Assembly (NCBI RefSeq): GCF_036321535.1
Contig: NC_087447.1
Span: forward strand, 50,470,001-50,534,000
DNA length: 64,000 nucleotides
Direction of reading: 5' to 3'
Source: Camelus dromedarius
Lineage: Eukaryota
Shown here: one piece after another, positions 25,145 through 37,338 of the stretch
How positions within the stretch are numbered: position 1 is the first letter of the stretch
Layout: each line of letters starts with the position of its first letter
Program-made: the position numbers and the translations under genes
The notes under the pieces: generated by a model
Database searches by the model: none
Told to the model about the DNA's origin: nothing
Seen by the model: the letters and a program-made list of their open reading frames with translations, nothing else

Positions 25145-28100
25145 CTGCAACAAGCACCCAGTGGGCAGTGGGGCTGAGGTCCCCAGGAGGGCTGGTGGCA
25201 GGGGGCTGCACTGGCATGCGGGGAGGGAGGGCAGGGTGGGCCTGTGGGGGTGCGGAGCTCAGGCCTGTGGGTGTTCCATGGCCCCTAGCTCTGTGCCCCA
25301 GGGCGTGCTGGCCAGCAGACCCAGCATTGCTGCTTTCCTGAGTCCACCCCAAGCATGGCTGAGGAAAGGGTCTCCACCTGGGAGCCAGGAGAGCAGGGCT
25401 CCAATTCTGGATCCACCACCACCTCTCTATGAGATGGTGGACAAGACAGTGACCTCAGAGTCTCTGTCTCCGCATCTGTGAAATGAGCTTAAAAAACCGC
25501 CTTCCTGAGAGCGCTGCTGAGAGAAGACGGAGGATGTCAGGTGCCCGGCCCCTGGTAGGTTCTCTCCAACCCCTGAGCCCTGCGCAACTTGCTGCTACTT
25601 TATTGCCAGTGATCCCACGAATGTGCTTAAGACCTGGGCACTGTGGCTCTTTCTAGCAGCCCTGCTGGTGCCAACTTTCCACAGGTGTGAAGCAACACTT
25701 TGCTTATTATTGTCACCATCGCGGTGACTGTTTGCCCCGGACAACCCCTGACAACCCCTGACATGCATCCTTTGTCCCCGCTCCACATGATAAGGACACA
25801 GACTAAGTAGAGATCAGATAGATCAGGCTTCCAGCTCTGTCTCTGCCACTTGCCGTCACTCCATGGCCTCAGTTTCCCCACCTAACAACTGATAGAAATA
25901 ACCCCCTGTTCTCAGGAGCTGTAGGGGAGCCTTGTGGGGGAGCTGATTCACGGGCGCGCCGGGAGGAGGGGCTGGGTACCTAGCACAGGCTCTCAGCAGC
26001 ACAGGAGGGGACTTCAAGATTACCCGTTTACATTCTCTACAAGTTGTGCCACCTCTCAGAGCCTCAGTTTCCTCACCTATCAAAAAAACAACTCACAGGG
26101 CTGTTAGAGGTAGAGCAGGTTAATCTCTGAGGGGGGCTGGGATCCTCCTCCAAAGCGGTGAGGAGGTGGGAGCCCTCAGAGCCAGTGAAAAGGAGCTTCT
26201 TTCTGCATCTCCCCTTGCTGACCTCCTTGTTGGGGATAGTGCATGAGTCCTTGTCCCATTTTGCAGACAGGGAGACTGAGGTTTCTGGAGGTGAAGTAGG
26301 TCACCCACAGCCACAGGGCTGGTAATAAGCAGATGCTAAAACTAGACCTGACCACCTCCCAGCCTGCACGATTTTCTTTCTGCCCAGAGGTCCCCAGTCT
26401 GTAGGTGTCAGACTTGAGGGCCTCTGAGTAAAGGGTCTGGCAAGCTGTATGTGCTTACAAAGGAGTGTGGGCAGGTGGAACCAATAACACATCTTGCGTG
26501 CACACATTCAACTCTTTTTCAAAAGGACTCAGATGGTGGTGTGATGAATAAAATACAAATCCGTTTCGAAGTGTTGCTGATTTCAGGGCAGATTTTTGTC
26601 TTTGGGCATCTTCTCGGTTAGTGGATGTGAAAAGTCAACTAGTAGCATGTGAGGCTCCAAATTTTTTGACACTAAGGTGGAGTCCTCCCAGGCAAGCATG
26701 TTGGGAACCCCTGGCCCAGACCAGGCCAGGTTTCATGTTCCCTCCCCGTGCTGGGCCCACTGTCCACACCCAATGCATTTCCAGGATGGGTCGACCCTTT
26801 TGGCCGCTGAGGTGGGAGGCTGCAGAGAAGATGCTCGGTGGATGACTCCAGGAGATTTTAGGGCAATAGCCCTGAGCTTGCCCAAATTCCAGGCCTCTGC
26901 TTCCCCGAGGGGAGTTCCTTCCCCTCTCTGAGCCTCACTTCACTCATCTCTGAAAAGAGTGTACATACTCACCCCCCAGTGTTGTCCAGTGAAATAGTAC
27001 ACATGAAAATGCTTTGGAAACCGCAAGTGCTCCCCGCACACAGGATCTTAAAAAGATGCAATTTCTAAGAGCAAGAGGGATCTGTTTCCAAGTGGGAGAG
27101 TCAGGAGAGAACCTGGGATTCCCCATTAGCACGCCCCTAAAACCACTCAGGCTGATATTTACTGAGTGCTCGCCATGTGCCAGGCACTTTGTCTAAATCA
27201 TTTCACTGCATCCTCACAAATACTCTGGGAGGCAAGAGTCATCATCCTCATCTTACAAGTGAGGAAACTGAGGCTCAGAGACTGAAAGAGAATTACTCAG
27301 AGTCATGAGGTGAATTGGTGTGGAGCTGGGCTTAGGTCAGTGTCCCTAAAAGGCAGTGCTCTTGACATTTTGCTCCCTGAGGCAAGGAAAAGTACAGCCA
27401 AGAAGTGTCAGGTCCAGGACTGACGGCCCAATCTAGGGGCGGCCCTGGGATTCCAGGCCCGGTCCCTGTGCCTAAAGCCTGAGGGGCCCTGTCCTGAAGG
27501 GTCCTGCACAGCGGCATGGCTTGCAGACCCCATCTGGCTGATCCTCCCACTCTCAGCAGGCAGGTGTCGGGGCGGGGCAGGGGGACAGATGAAGAGTGCT
27601 GAACAAATGGCCTGACCAAGCCCCTCCCTCTTCCCACTCTTCCACCTCATAAATCTGGGGCCTGGCATGCTGATTATTCGCTGAGCAGTGTTTTGGTGGA
27701 GGAAGCAAGCAGGGCCAGGCCTCCCTGTGAGTTAAAGATTATCCATCCCAGGGTGGGAGGGGTGGTGGGCACCCCTCCATCACTGCCTGCACTGCGGGTC
27801 AAGATCCAGGGTATCTGTGGGACAGGTCCCTGGAACTGGATGGAGGCAGCAAGGGGACAACTGGACAAGCAGCCTAGGGTCCAGGGAGCCCTTCCAGAGA
27901 ACACAGAGGGGTAGGAAATGTTTCTGAAGTTGGGCCCTGGCACTGGAGTCAGAAGAGAAAATGTCTAAGACCAGGTGATGATGGGGAAAGTGTGAATGAT
28001 TACACACAAAACACAGGGACAAAGATGCTCTTAAAGGAGCCCCACTCAGACAGAGAACCAAGCCTTCAAATGCTGAGCAGACTGGCCACATTACACATGG

Positions 28101-28541
28101 ACTGGATGTCTGACACATTTCTCTATTTCATCTGCACCATAAAGATGAGAAAACTGAGGCTCAGAGAGGGTGAGTGAAGTGTGTAAGGTCATGTGGTAAG
28201 TGTGTGTTACAGGGGAAGAACTGAGGTCTGCATAGACACAAGTCTGCTGGGCAGTGGGGGTGGTTAGGGAGTGAGCACTTCCAGACGTGGCAATGACTGA
28301 GAGAGGAAGGAAGAGACTGAGGCTTTCACCCAGAAACCCATGTCTTTAGCCCTGGTGCTGGTCAGAGTAGCCGAAGGCTGCATAGTTTAAGCTCAAGAAA
28401 CCTAATTCTCATGGTCAAACCAAGCATGTGCATCTGTGTGGTGATTTTCAGGCCCCAATTTCCTGATGGTCACAGAGCTCTGCCACTACGTGGGGACTCT
28501 AGCCAGAGACAGGCCAAGGAAGGAGGAGGAGGATGCTGTAC

Positions 28542-28691
28542 CTTCCGCTGAGAGCCCTAAGGAGCCATAAGGTGGGCCCCGAGTCAGCACCTCCTGCAGG
28601 ATGACGCCAATACTGAAGATGTCCCCTTTGAGTGTGCCCCGCCCGGGTGCCCCAGCTCCCCGCAGCAGCTCTGGAGCCGTCCACAGCAACT
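28542..28691 (-). pseudogene. Gucy2d: GC-D exon 11 (kinase-homology domain)
   Basis: ttgcag|ELLWTAPELLRGAGAPGRGTLKGDIFSIGVILQEVLTRGPPYGSLGLSAE|gtacag. Confidence 0.93.
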
Positions 28692-28998
28692 CTGCAATCA
28701 CAGGCCAGGGCCACACCACCGTCACCCACTGACCACCCAGGCTGGCCAGGCTGGGCGGGCACTTCACACCTATGATGTCATCACCCTGCCCCCACAGACC
28801 CGGAGGAGGGAGGTGCTTCTGTTCTCCCCTATTCACAGGTAAAGGTGAGGCTCTCTGAGGCTCAGAGAAGAAAAGCGATCAACTCAAGATCACATCACAG
28901 GAAGTGACATCTCCTGGTCTCGCCCTGCCTCGCAAGCACCCAATTTAAACAGAGACCTCAGAACCTACTGGCAGCTCCCTGCCCATCTCCAAGCTGAC

Positions 28999-29155
28999 CC
29001 TCTGGGGCTGATCGGGGGCGCGGAGCCCGCTGAGTGTCCCGGAGCTTGGCGTAACCGTAGTCAGTGACCTTTAGCACAAAGCGTCCATCCAGCACACAGT
29101 TTCAGGGCTTGAGGCAGCCATGAGGGAAATGCCGGTGGTGCAGATACCACACCCC
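28999..29155 (-). pseudogene. Gucy2d: GC-D exon 10 (kinase-homology domain), in-frame TGA
   Basis: ctccag|GVWYLHHRHFPHGCLKP*NCVLDGRFVLKVTDYGYAKL...APE|gtcagc; TGA at 29102-29104 in the HGRLKSRNC motif. Missed by the ORF track. Confidence 0.93.
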
Positions 29156-29399
29156 CTGGAGTGGAATAACAGGGGCCCCTTAGGTCTGTGGTGAGTGAAA
29201 GGGACCCCTGCTTCTCTCAGCATTCCCACAGTCCTTAGGAAAACTTCCTGCCTCCTCTCACCCTTTGCTGCACTGTTTAGATTTTTCTGTTAGACAAAGT
29301 GAAAAGAGCCCAGGCCTGGGCAGTCTGAGCATCTCTTGTCTCCCTGCCCTCTCCATTGCCCGCCCCACCAATGGCTCCTGGCCCGGTGAGGGTTCTCAC

Positions 29400-29573
29400 A
29401 CAGATCAAATCCAGCAGCAGGGAGGCCTTGAAGGTCCAGTCCAGCCGCAGAGTCTCATTCCACAGCAGGTCTTCCAGGCTGCCCCGGGCACAGTGCTCCA
29501 ACACCAGAGCACTGACCCCAGGGGCCACGAAGAAGCCCAGGAAGCTGGCGATCTCGTGCTGCAGCTCCCGCAT
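29400..29573 (-). pseudogene. Gucy2d: GC-D exon 9 (kinase-homology domain)
   Basis: cagcag|[58 protein letters not shown]|gtgaga. Confidence 0.93.
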
Positions 29574-29689
29574 CTGCTGGGGCAATGGACACCTTAGCAG
29601 CCTCAAGGGCTGGACCAGGTACAATCCACGTCTGGCCCCCAGTACTTAGCACCCAGCACAGGGCAGAACACAGAAAGGCATCAGAAATG

Positions 29690-29845
29690 TTGGATGGATA
29701 TGATAAGTGGATGGATGAATGATGGGTGGATGGACTGGATAGATGGATGATGGATAAATGGATAGATGGGTGAATAGATGAGTGGATGGATGGATGAAAC
29801 AGTGAGATGAATGAGTGGAAGCATCATGAATGAATAAGTGAATGA
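29690..29845. repeat. Degenerate (GGAT)n/(GAAT)n microsatellite; similar tracts at 21775-21820 and 52460-52535
   Basis: Read directly from the sequence. Confidence 0.85.
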
Positions 29846-30135
29846 GCCATAGCCAACTTCACAGGATAGGGATCGAGGCCTATTCTCAATCTAAGTGACA
29901 CCATGGACCTGAAAACTGTGTAAATTCTCTCGCCCAAGACTCAGAGATTGATGAGGAGAGGAGCAGAAGGGATCAGGCACAGGTATAAAGCAGCCAGGCA
30001 GGCCAGAGAGCTTGAACCCAAAGATGGAACCCTTGCCTGGTGTGGCTTTCCTCACAAAACCAGTTCAGGAGTCAGCTAAGTGGGAGAAACCTGAATACTC
30101 TCCCCACGGTAGAGATTCCCATGCATATTAGCATA

Positions 30136-30777
30136 CGTGATGAGGTAAGAATGGCCTCAAATCCTTTGACACTCCTGCCATCAGGAGGTTGAGCTTCTGA
30201 CCCCTCCTCTTGAAACTGAGCAGATTTTGTGACACTGTGACCAATAGAACATGATGGAAGTGATCTTGTGTGTTTTGGGTTCAGGTCTTAGGCCCTGAGA
30301 CTACATGGAGTAGAATGGCAAGCCCTGCTGAGCTGGCTCTTCCAATTGCCCAGCCAAGGCACCAAGCATGCAAGCCATCTGAGGCACTCTGGATGGGGGG
30401 TCAGCAAACCTGTCTGTACCAAGTCCAGGTAGTAAATATTTTAGGCTTTGTAGGCCTTGTAGTCTCTGTCACCAATAATCGCTTCTGCCATTGCAGTGTG
30501 AAAGCAGTCACAGACAGTACACAAACCAATACAACTCTGATCTGCAAAAACAGGCAGTGGGCCTGACTTGACCTGAGGGCCAACCTCAGACAACTCATTT
30601 ACAAGCTTCAAACCACTGAGTGACCCCCAACCATGGCCAAGTGGAACTGCAGAACTGCTTGGCTGAGCCCCCACAAATTTCCTACCCACAAAATTGGAAG
30701 ATATTATAAAATGATTATTGTTTTTAAGCCACTACATTTTGGGATAAGTTGTTACACAGTCATAGATAACCAGAACA
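30136..30777 (+). mobile_element. MLT1-type LTR interrupted by MER58-like element
   Basis: MLT1 motifs ending ...tgttacacagtcatagataaccagaaca; 5-bp TSD gcata (30131-30135) / gcgta (30778-30782). Confidence 0.75.
30396..30600. mobile_element. MER58A-like hAT-Charlie DNA transposon
   Basis: ggggtcagcaaac...gtaaatattttaggctttg...tgcagtgtgaaagcagtcacagac...caaaaacaggcagtgggcc. Confidence 0.75.
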
Positions 30778-31640
30778 GCGTATTAAAGGTTCTGAGAATT
30801 CCTGTGTCTAAGTCAAGCAAATTCTAAACTCATTAGACCACATATAAGACCTTTTTCTAAAGAAACATCTACACATGCAAGATGCCCATTGAACTTCCCA
30901 TCGTTTAATCTCTCCAAATCTGATTTCAGATGGTGGTGATGTTGAAATAATAATAAAATTCACCACTTACCAAAGGCACCCTACTTGCCAAAGATAGTTC
31001 CAGGTAATTTCATGTATTCTTGCCTATCTTTATAGTTCCCCTGGAGTGGATTTCATTAGCACCAATTTACAGGAAAGCTAGGTGTCCTGGGGAGGCAGGA
31101 TTCCATCTGGGATCTTCCTGACTCAAATCCTATGCTCTGTCCTCCATCTCACAATGCCTCTCAGGATGGTGACAATCTCAGGGTTGAGGGGGCTTATGTA
31201 GGTAGTGATGACAAATGATTGGAAACTCCCTGAGGGAAGGAACCCTGTCTCTCTTCTCACTGCTGTGTCCCCAGAGCTCAGAATGTATTTGGTACTCAGT
31301 GAATACTGGACAGAGGATGGACGTGTGGAGGGATGGAAGTTACAGGATGAGGTCCTTCAATGGTGTTAATTATGCCGTGTGACGATAGGGGTGGAGGGGA
31401 TTGTGCCCCTGGTAGTCATGGTGATGATCATATTGGGGTGGGGATGCTGGGGTGCAGTGGTGGCAGTGCTGGTGTACATCTGTGATGAGAGGCTGGCGAT
31501 GGACAGTGATCCTGATGATAGGAAGCACCTCCTCTTTTGAAGCTAGAAGCTTCCACATTGAGTAGGGACAATCCAGATCCGTAGGGGTCTCCGGACAGCT
31601 CCCCCTCGCAGCCCACCCTCCACGACCTCCGCAGCCCTAC

Positions 31641-31721
31641 CTTTCTAAGGAGGCTGAGGCAGCTCGGCCGCAGCTCAGGGACTGTGCCAGCTTCAAACTT
31701 CTTCAGCCACACCCACTCTCC
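31641..31721 (-). pseudogene. Gucy2d: GC-D exon 8 (kinase-homology domain start)
   Basis: aaacag|GEWVWLKKFEAGTVPELRPSCLSLLRK|gtaggg. Confidence 0.92.
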
Positions 31722-32991
31722 CTGTTTAAGAAAGGACAACAGGAGTTCACTGTTGCTGCTCCCCAGCTGTGTGACCTCGGGCAAATCCTTCAGCCTCTCT
31801 TGGCTTCAGATGTGTTCTTTCTGTGTCTTCCCAAGTCAGTGAGAGCCTGGTGAGAGCCCGGCCAGCGGACTCCTTTGGTTGACAGACCTGAGTTCCAGTC
31901 CTAACTCCACCACTTTCTAGCTCTGTGACCTCAGACAAGTGACTGGCTCTCTGAGCCTCATGTTCTGTAAAGCGAGGATAACACCCCCATCTCTGTCGGG
32001 AGCTCTAATGAGAGGTGGATGCCGAGTGTGTAGCTCCTGTCCTGAGGTCAGCTTTACTCTGCAGGCCTCGGCCACCCAAGACACCCCAAACCCAGCGACG
32101 TGAGGGGGACTCTGTGACCCCAGGACTCTAGGGGAGGAGGCAGGGAGGGTGGCAGAGGTGGAGGCCTCGGGCTGTGATCGGTCCTCACCGAGAGCTAGCT
32201 GTAACCTTAGCCCTCTCTCCCTTCCTCACTGATGGATTTCTGCTTCCTCAGCCCGCCCACAGCTACTTCAGAGGAGCAGACAAAACCTGCTTTGCATATC
32301 ATTAAGGCCTCCTTCCAGCAGAACACAAAAAAGATGGAATTCCCCAAGGGAGAAGGTGGAAAAGAGGGAGCAATAGCCTTGTGTTGTTTCCCAGAGAAAC
32401 AATTAGCCTCATCAACCATGAGGCATGAACAGGAGAATCAGAGCAGCAGTTGACTGTTGAATTTGAGAAGACATTTCCTAAGAAATCACAGTGTGCTCAG
32501 CAACTTTAGAATCTTGCTGCTCTCACCTCTGAATTTCCAGCCTCCTTGTCAGCTGCTGGCTCAGGCTCTGCCCGAAGGCTGCATGGGGCCAGGTGCTGTC
32601 CCACACATCTGGGCCTCAGGGACCCAGGCTCTCACTGTCTGTTGCTGAAGTAGGCAGGACGGTGACTCAGGTTGGTCCAGTGCTGAGAGAGACCCTGGGG
32701 TAGACCCACGCCAGGAGTGCCCAGGCCCAAGTGGCCAGGGACTGGTTGTTTCCCAAGGTCAGATCACAGACTCTGTGGGACTAGGGGTTAGGGGTCCAGC
32801 CAGCCACTTCTAGCCCTGTCAGCAACTTGCTGGGGGACCCTGGCAAGACTCTGTGCTTCTTCCGGCCTCAGTTTCCCACTCTGCAGCACGAATGGGGCCT
32901 ACAGAGGCCCAAGAGGCTGTGGGCTCCCGTGACTTTGCCCAAACTGACTACACTCCCCAGACCTGGGTGTGGGGGTGGCAGGGGCCCTCAC

Positions 32992-33120
32992 CTGGTACAG
33001 AGCCATGTTGGTGGGCTCCTGGGAGGCTGGGAGTCTCCTTGCTGGCCCCTCAGCTGCCGACCTCAGGCTCCCACCATCTGCCACACTTCCTGATTCACTT
33101 GCACTGTCTGCGTGCAGCCT
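32992..33120 (-). pseudogene. Gucy2d: GC-D exon 7
   Basis: ctcaag|RLHADSASESGSVADGGSLRSAAEGPARRLPASQEPTNMALYQ|gtgagg; preceded by an 83-nt intron. Confidence 0.88.
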
Positions 33121-33203
33121 CTTGAGGGTGCAGGCACAGTCAAGAGTCTAGACTGGGCCTCAGTCCAGGGCTGACCACCCAGCCCTGTGCCTGCCTCACC
33201 CAC

Positions 33204-33300
33204 CCTTCTGCTCGGGCCCCGATGGATGAAGGTAAGCTCCTGGGCTGTCAGCAGGATCCGGTGGGGGCCCCGCACCAGCTGCAGCTGCTGGAGGCCCAGT
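33204..33300 (-). pseudogene. Gucy2d: GC-D exon 6 (juxtamembrane)
   Basis: ttccag|RLGLQQLQLVRGPHRILLTAQELTFIHRGPSRR|gtgggt. Confidence 0.9.
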
Positions 33301-34022
33301 CTGGAAGTGAGAGAAAGTGCAGGACAGAGGGGATGCACAAATATCACTGCCCCCAGCCCCGGGTGGCTCCTTGGGCCTGCCTCTGACCCAGAGCCCTCCC
33401 CAACCCTCTCCCTGTTTCCCTTTCTGTCCCCACATCAGTCCCAGCTGAGCTAAGAGGGCACCACTGAGCACTGTCCCCCACAGAACCCCTTAGCCCGGCT
33501 CAGGGCTGGACCCTAGGCCTGATGCACCTGCTGGTCCCCAGCCTTGGTGTTTCCAACTCGCCTGGAGGCCTCATGGGGCGGCCAGAAGCTGGGGTGAGGG
33601 CTGGGAGTGGAGGGCTGCCTCTCCTGGATGTGGCTGAGGCTCAGGGAACACAGATGACTTCAGACCCAGGAAGAATTGTTTTCAAAGCTGAAGGGACCTG
33701 GGAGTCAATGTGGTCAAGTCCTTACTGTTCAGATGTGTAACCCGAAGCTCAGGGAGCATGGAGCCTTATACAAAGTCCCAGGCTTCTTCCACAAGTCTTA
33801 AAAGGGCCTTCCCAGGAGGCATGCCAGCCTTGACAGTGCCCTGACTGAGGCTCTAAGATGAACAGGAGTGCAGGGTGGTCCTGAGGTCTGAGATGGAGGA
33901 TGGGAGGCTCCCTGCTGACAGCCAGGGCTGCGTACACAGGAGAGGTTCTGTGGGATGGCGGCGGGGGGGGGGGGGGGGCGCACACAGGGGCAAAGCAAAA
34001 CTCAAGTGCACAGAGAACTCAC

Positions 34023-34107
34023 CTGACGAGGCAAGTGAGGGCCCCGCCGGCCAACACCAGGACACCAGCCAGGGCCAGAGCGAGGAGGCTGCCTGGGGGC
34101 TGGCCAC
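34023..34107 (-). pseudogene. Gucy2d: GC-D exon 5 (transmembrane helix)
   Basis: cctacag|..GQPPGSLLALALAGVLVLAGGALTCLV..|gtgagt; 85 nt, phase 1 to 2. Confidence 0.9.
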
Positions 34108-34893
34108 CTGTAGGGGAAGCAGGGACAGACATGAGTCCTAACAGTAACGACCAAATAAGGAACTCAGCCCCTTCATTCAGCTCCTGCACCCTTTCCTGAG
34201 TCCTCCTCTGGGATATAGGGACACAAACCACTGCTTAACCCCATTCCCAGGGGCAAGGCCCAGAATGGCCCTGGGCTGGGAAAGCCTTATCTACGGAAGG
34301 ACCGTCATGCACAGATGTTGACTTCCAGCACTGCTGTTGGGGTTCTTACCTCAGACTCCAGGCCTCCGGGCCCCTACATACCCTGCTCAGACCCCATTAC
34401 AGTCCTGACCACACTCTGGCCCTTGTCTGCCAGCATGTCCAGCTCTTCCCTCTAGACTGAGAGCAGCTGGACAGCAGGGCCTGTGTCTTACATATCTCGG
34501 TGTCCCTGGCACCTAACACAGGGGCTGGACAGGCAAGATGCTGAATCAAAACTGTGGATCCCTGTCTATTGTTCTCCTGCTTCTTGCATACTCCCCACGA
34601 CGGGCAACTCAGTATCTGTTTGGCAGTCAGTTTCAGTTTTATTCACTTTGACTGTTAGAATAGCCTTCCTTACACTGAATGCAAATCTCTCCAGCCCTCA
34701 TATCAGGATTGGGTATGAAGAGGCTGCTTAGGATCGCTGGGCAAGGTGGGGATGGCTACTTTGCTTGGGCAACCCCAGCATCAGCCTGGGCTGGCAAGGC
34801 AGCAAAATGCCAGGCCCTATTCTGGAGAGAAGACTCTAACCTCCACTGCCACAGAAAGGGGTCAGGGATGGGGGTGAGGGCATCCTTTCTTCC

Positions 34894-34960
34894 TTCCTCG
34901 TCTCCCTCCCTTCATTCCTCGTCTCCCTCCCTTCATTCCTCATCTCCCTCCCTTCCTTCC
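34894..34960. repeat. 21-nt pyrimidine tandem repeat, about 3 copies
   Basis: Unit ttcctcgtctccctcccttca. Confidence 0.8.
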
Positions 34961-35329
34961 TTGTGCTGAAGGACAAGCACTGTCTGCCCGCTGATGAGCC
35001 TCCTCCAATCTTAAGTAAGTTTAGATAATAAAAATAGCAGCGAATGCCTTGTAGTACTTATTAGACTATTAATGTACATTGTATTGCACTATGCACACAT
35101 TCTAAGGATATCATGTATTCGATTCATTTATTCTACACAACGACCTGTGGAAGCAGGTACAGTCAAGATGATGAATTCGTGGAAGAGGAAACAGAGATAG
35201 GCAACTGTCTGGGAGTGGCAGAGCCTCGGTTCAAACCCAGGTAGCCTTGCTGGCGCATCTGGACTCCTAACCACGGTCCATCCCCTCTCTCACCCAGGCT
35301 CCTGGGAAGGAAGCTTGACTCGTCATCTG

Positions 35330-35945
35330 GAGGAGGTGAGGGAAGAAGCACAGACAGGAAAGCAGTCCAGGCCGAGGGAGCAGCAAGCACAAAAGTTCTG
35401 AGGCAGAAGCATGGCAAGTGTGTTCAATGGGAAGGCAGCGCTCAGCGCAGGAAAAGCTGAGGGCGGGGAGCTGAGGAGAACCGCGCGCTGTGAAGTCTCG
35501 CGAGAATTCTGGCTTGACCCCGGGCGAGGCGGAGCATCTGCAAGCTCCTAGCAGGGGAATGCCAGGTCTGACTGGCATTTTCCAAGGAGCCTCCAACCCA
35601 CCACATTGAGGTCCAGGGAGAAGGGCAGAAACAGAGGGCCTGTTGGAATGCTGCTGCGGTCACCTGGCAAGAGACAACGGGGCCCTGGACCAGGGAGGAG
35701 GCAGGGGAGTGGTGAGTAAGGCTCTGCTTCTGGACAAATTCTAAAGATGGAGACTCCAGGGTGCGCTGACAGGACTGCGCACGGGGTGTGAGGAGGCAAA
35801 GATGCTTGAGACTCAGAGAGGAAGGGGCTGCCGTTACCTGCAATGGGGAAGACAATGGGAGGAGGTGGGGGAGCAAATCAGGGGTTCAGTTTCAGACAAC
35901 ATCAAGTTTGAGATGCCACCTAGGCATCCAAGTGTCAGTAAGAGG
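35330..35945 (-). mobile_element. L2 LINE fragment, locally CpG-rich
   Basis: L2 reverse-strand motifs ggaccagggaggaggcaggggagtggtgag...ttcagtttcagacaacatcaagtttgagatgcc. Confidence 0.7.
35461..35505. promoter_or_regulatory. GC box plus palindromic CGCG element TCTCGCGAGA (BANP/ZBTB33-associated motif)
   Basis: GGGCGGGG at 35461-35468; TCTCGCGAGA at 35496-35505; 11 CpGs in 35439-35531. Confidence 0.45.
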
Positions 35946-37338
35946 GGACGCTGAGGGCTGGTGGGAGCCTGAATGAAACACCATCCTTGCCCTCATAGAG
36001 CTGATGTTCTTGAAGACCAGCCCCAGGCCTCGTTCTCCACAGGCTTCCGTCTGGAGGCAGAGACAGTGACAGTGGAGATAATGCCACACAGTGTGGTCAA
36101 AGCCGGGAGGGAGCAGCCAGGGCCTAATGGAGCCCAGAAGAGATCTGTACAAACCCCTCTTCCATCAGCCTTGGCTCGCAGACTTCACCCTCATTCATTC
36201 ATTCAATCAACAAACATTCCTGTGTGCTGAGCTCAGTGCCAAGAATTGAAGATGCAACGGCAGATAAGATTCACAGTCACTGTCGGCACCGTGATGGAGC
36301 CCACAGTGTACAGGGGGTGGGGGGTGAGGGCCGGTGCTCTAAGCCAGGGCAGGGATGATGATTCATTCACTCCTCAGTCCTTGGAGCTAAGCACAGTGCC
36401 TGGTGCCTAGCAAGTTCTCAGTCAGTATTTGTGAAAGAAGAGTGGCAAAGAAACAGTTGAGTAAAGGCTTCTTCTTACGAGCTCCCATGAGTCTGGGGAC
36501 AGATGGCACTAAAGCCATGCACCCAGGGACTGTGGGCAGCACAGAGGTAGAGCCCCCAACCCTGGCTACAGAGTTGTTCTGTAGGAAAGAAAGGATTAGC
36601 CAAGCAAGGCTAAGGCCCCCCAGGAAGAGTAAAACACACATGCCCAGGGAGGCCCAAAAGGGCGACATGTGTCTGGGGAAGGGTGAAGAGGAGCAGTGTC
36701 AGGACATGGGCCTGAAACAGCAGGCAGAGCCTAGGTCGGGCGATGGGGGCTGCTGAGGTCTGGGGCAGGCAGGGCCAAACCTGAATTTACCCACCAACAG
36801 TAACTGTAACCAGGTGTGCGTTAGGGAATGTGGGTGCACTTACTTATACGTGTGGGCCTGTGCTCATCTCTGTCTGCATATGTGCTTGTATGTGGGTGCA
36901 GTTTCATCAGGGATAAAAGTCTGAGATGGATGAATGTCAGGAATGAGGACATGTAGATCTTGTGTCTCACACTCCTCAGTGGCCTTGAGATAAAGGGAAT
37001 CCTGCACTTGCAGTCAGGGGACTTGGGGCTCTCTGTGTGATCTTGGGCAAGTCACCTAACCTTTCTGAGCTTCAGTTCTCCACTGGGGCCTACAGAGGAT
37101 AGTGGCCTTGTCACAAGGCTGCGGTGCAGTTTAGGAGAGCTGAGAGATGGAAACATGCTGGTAAATGTTTAGATCTTCTCGGCTAAAGGGAGGCCTTCCT
37201 AGTCCCTGGCGCTTCACAACCCTGGTTTAGTCTTCTCAGTAGAGGGTCAAGTCTCTTCCCTACACCTGCTCCTGCTCCTCACATGACTGTCCGCATGGAG
37301 AGCCCTAATGAATAAATGATGGACAGATGATGAATTAC

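Noticed and set aside
33958..33978. Poly-G run downstream of the TM exon (another at about 51869-51880)
   Set aside because: A simple homopolymer whose length is error-prone; G-quadruplex or splicing roles cannot be supported.
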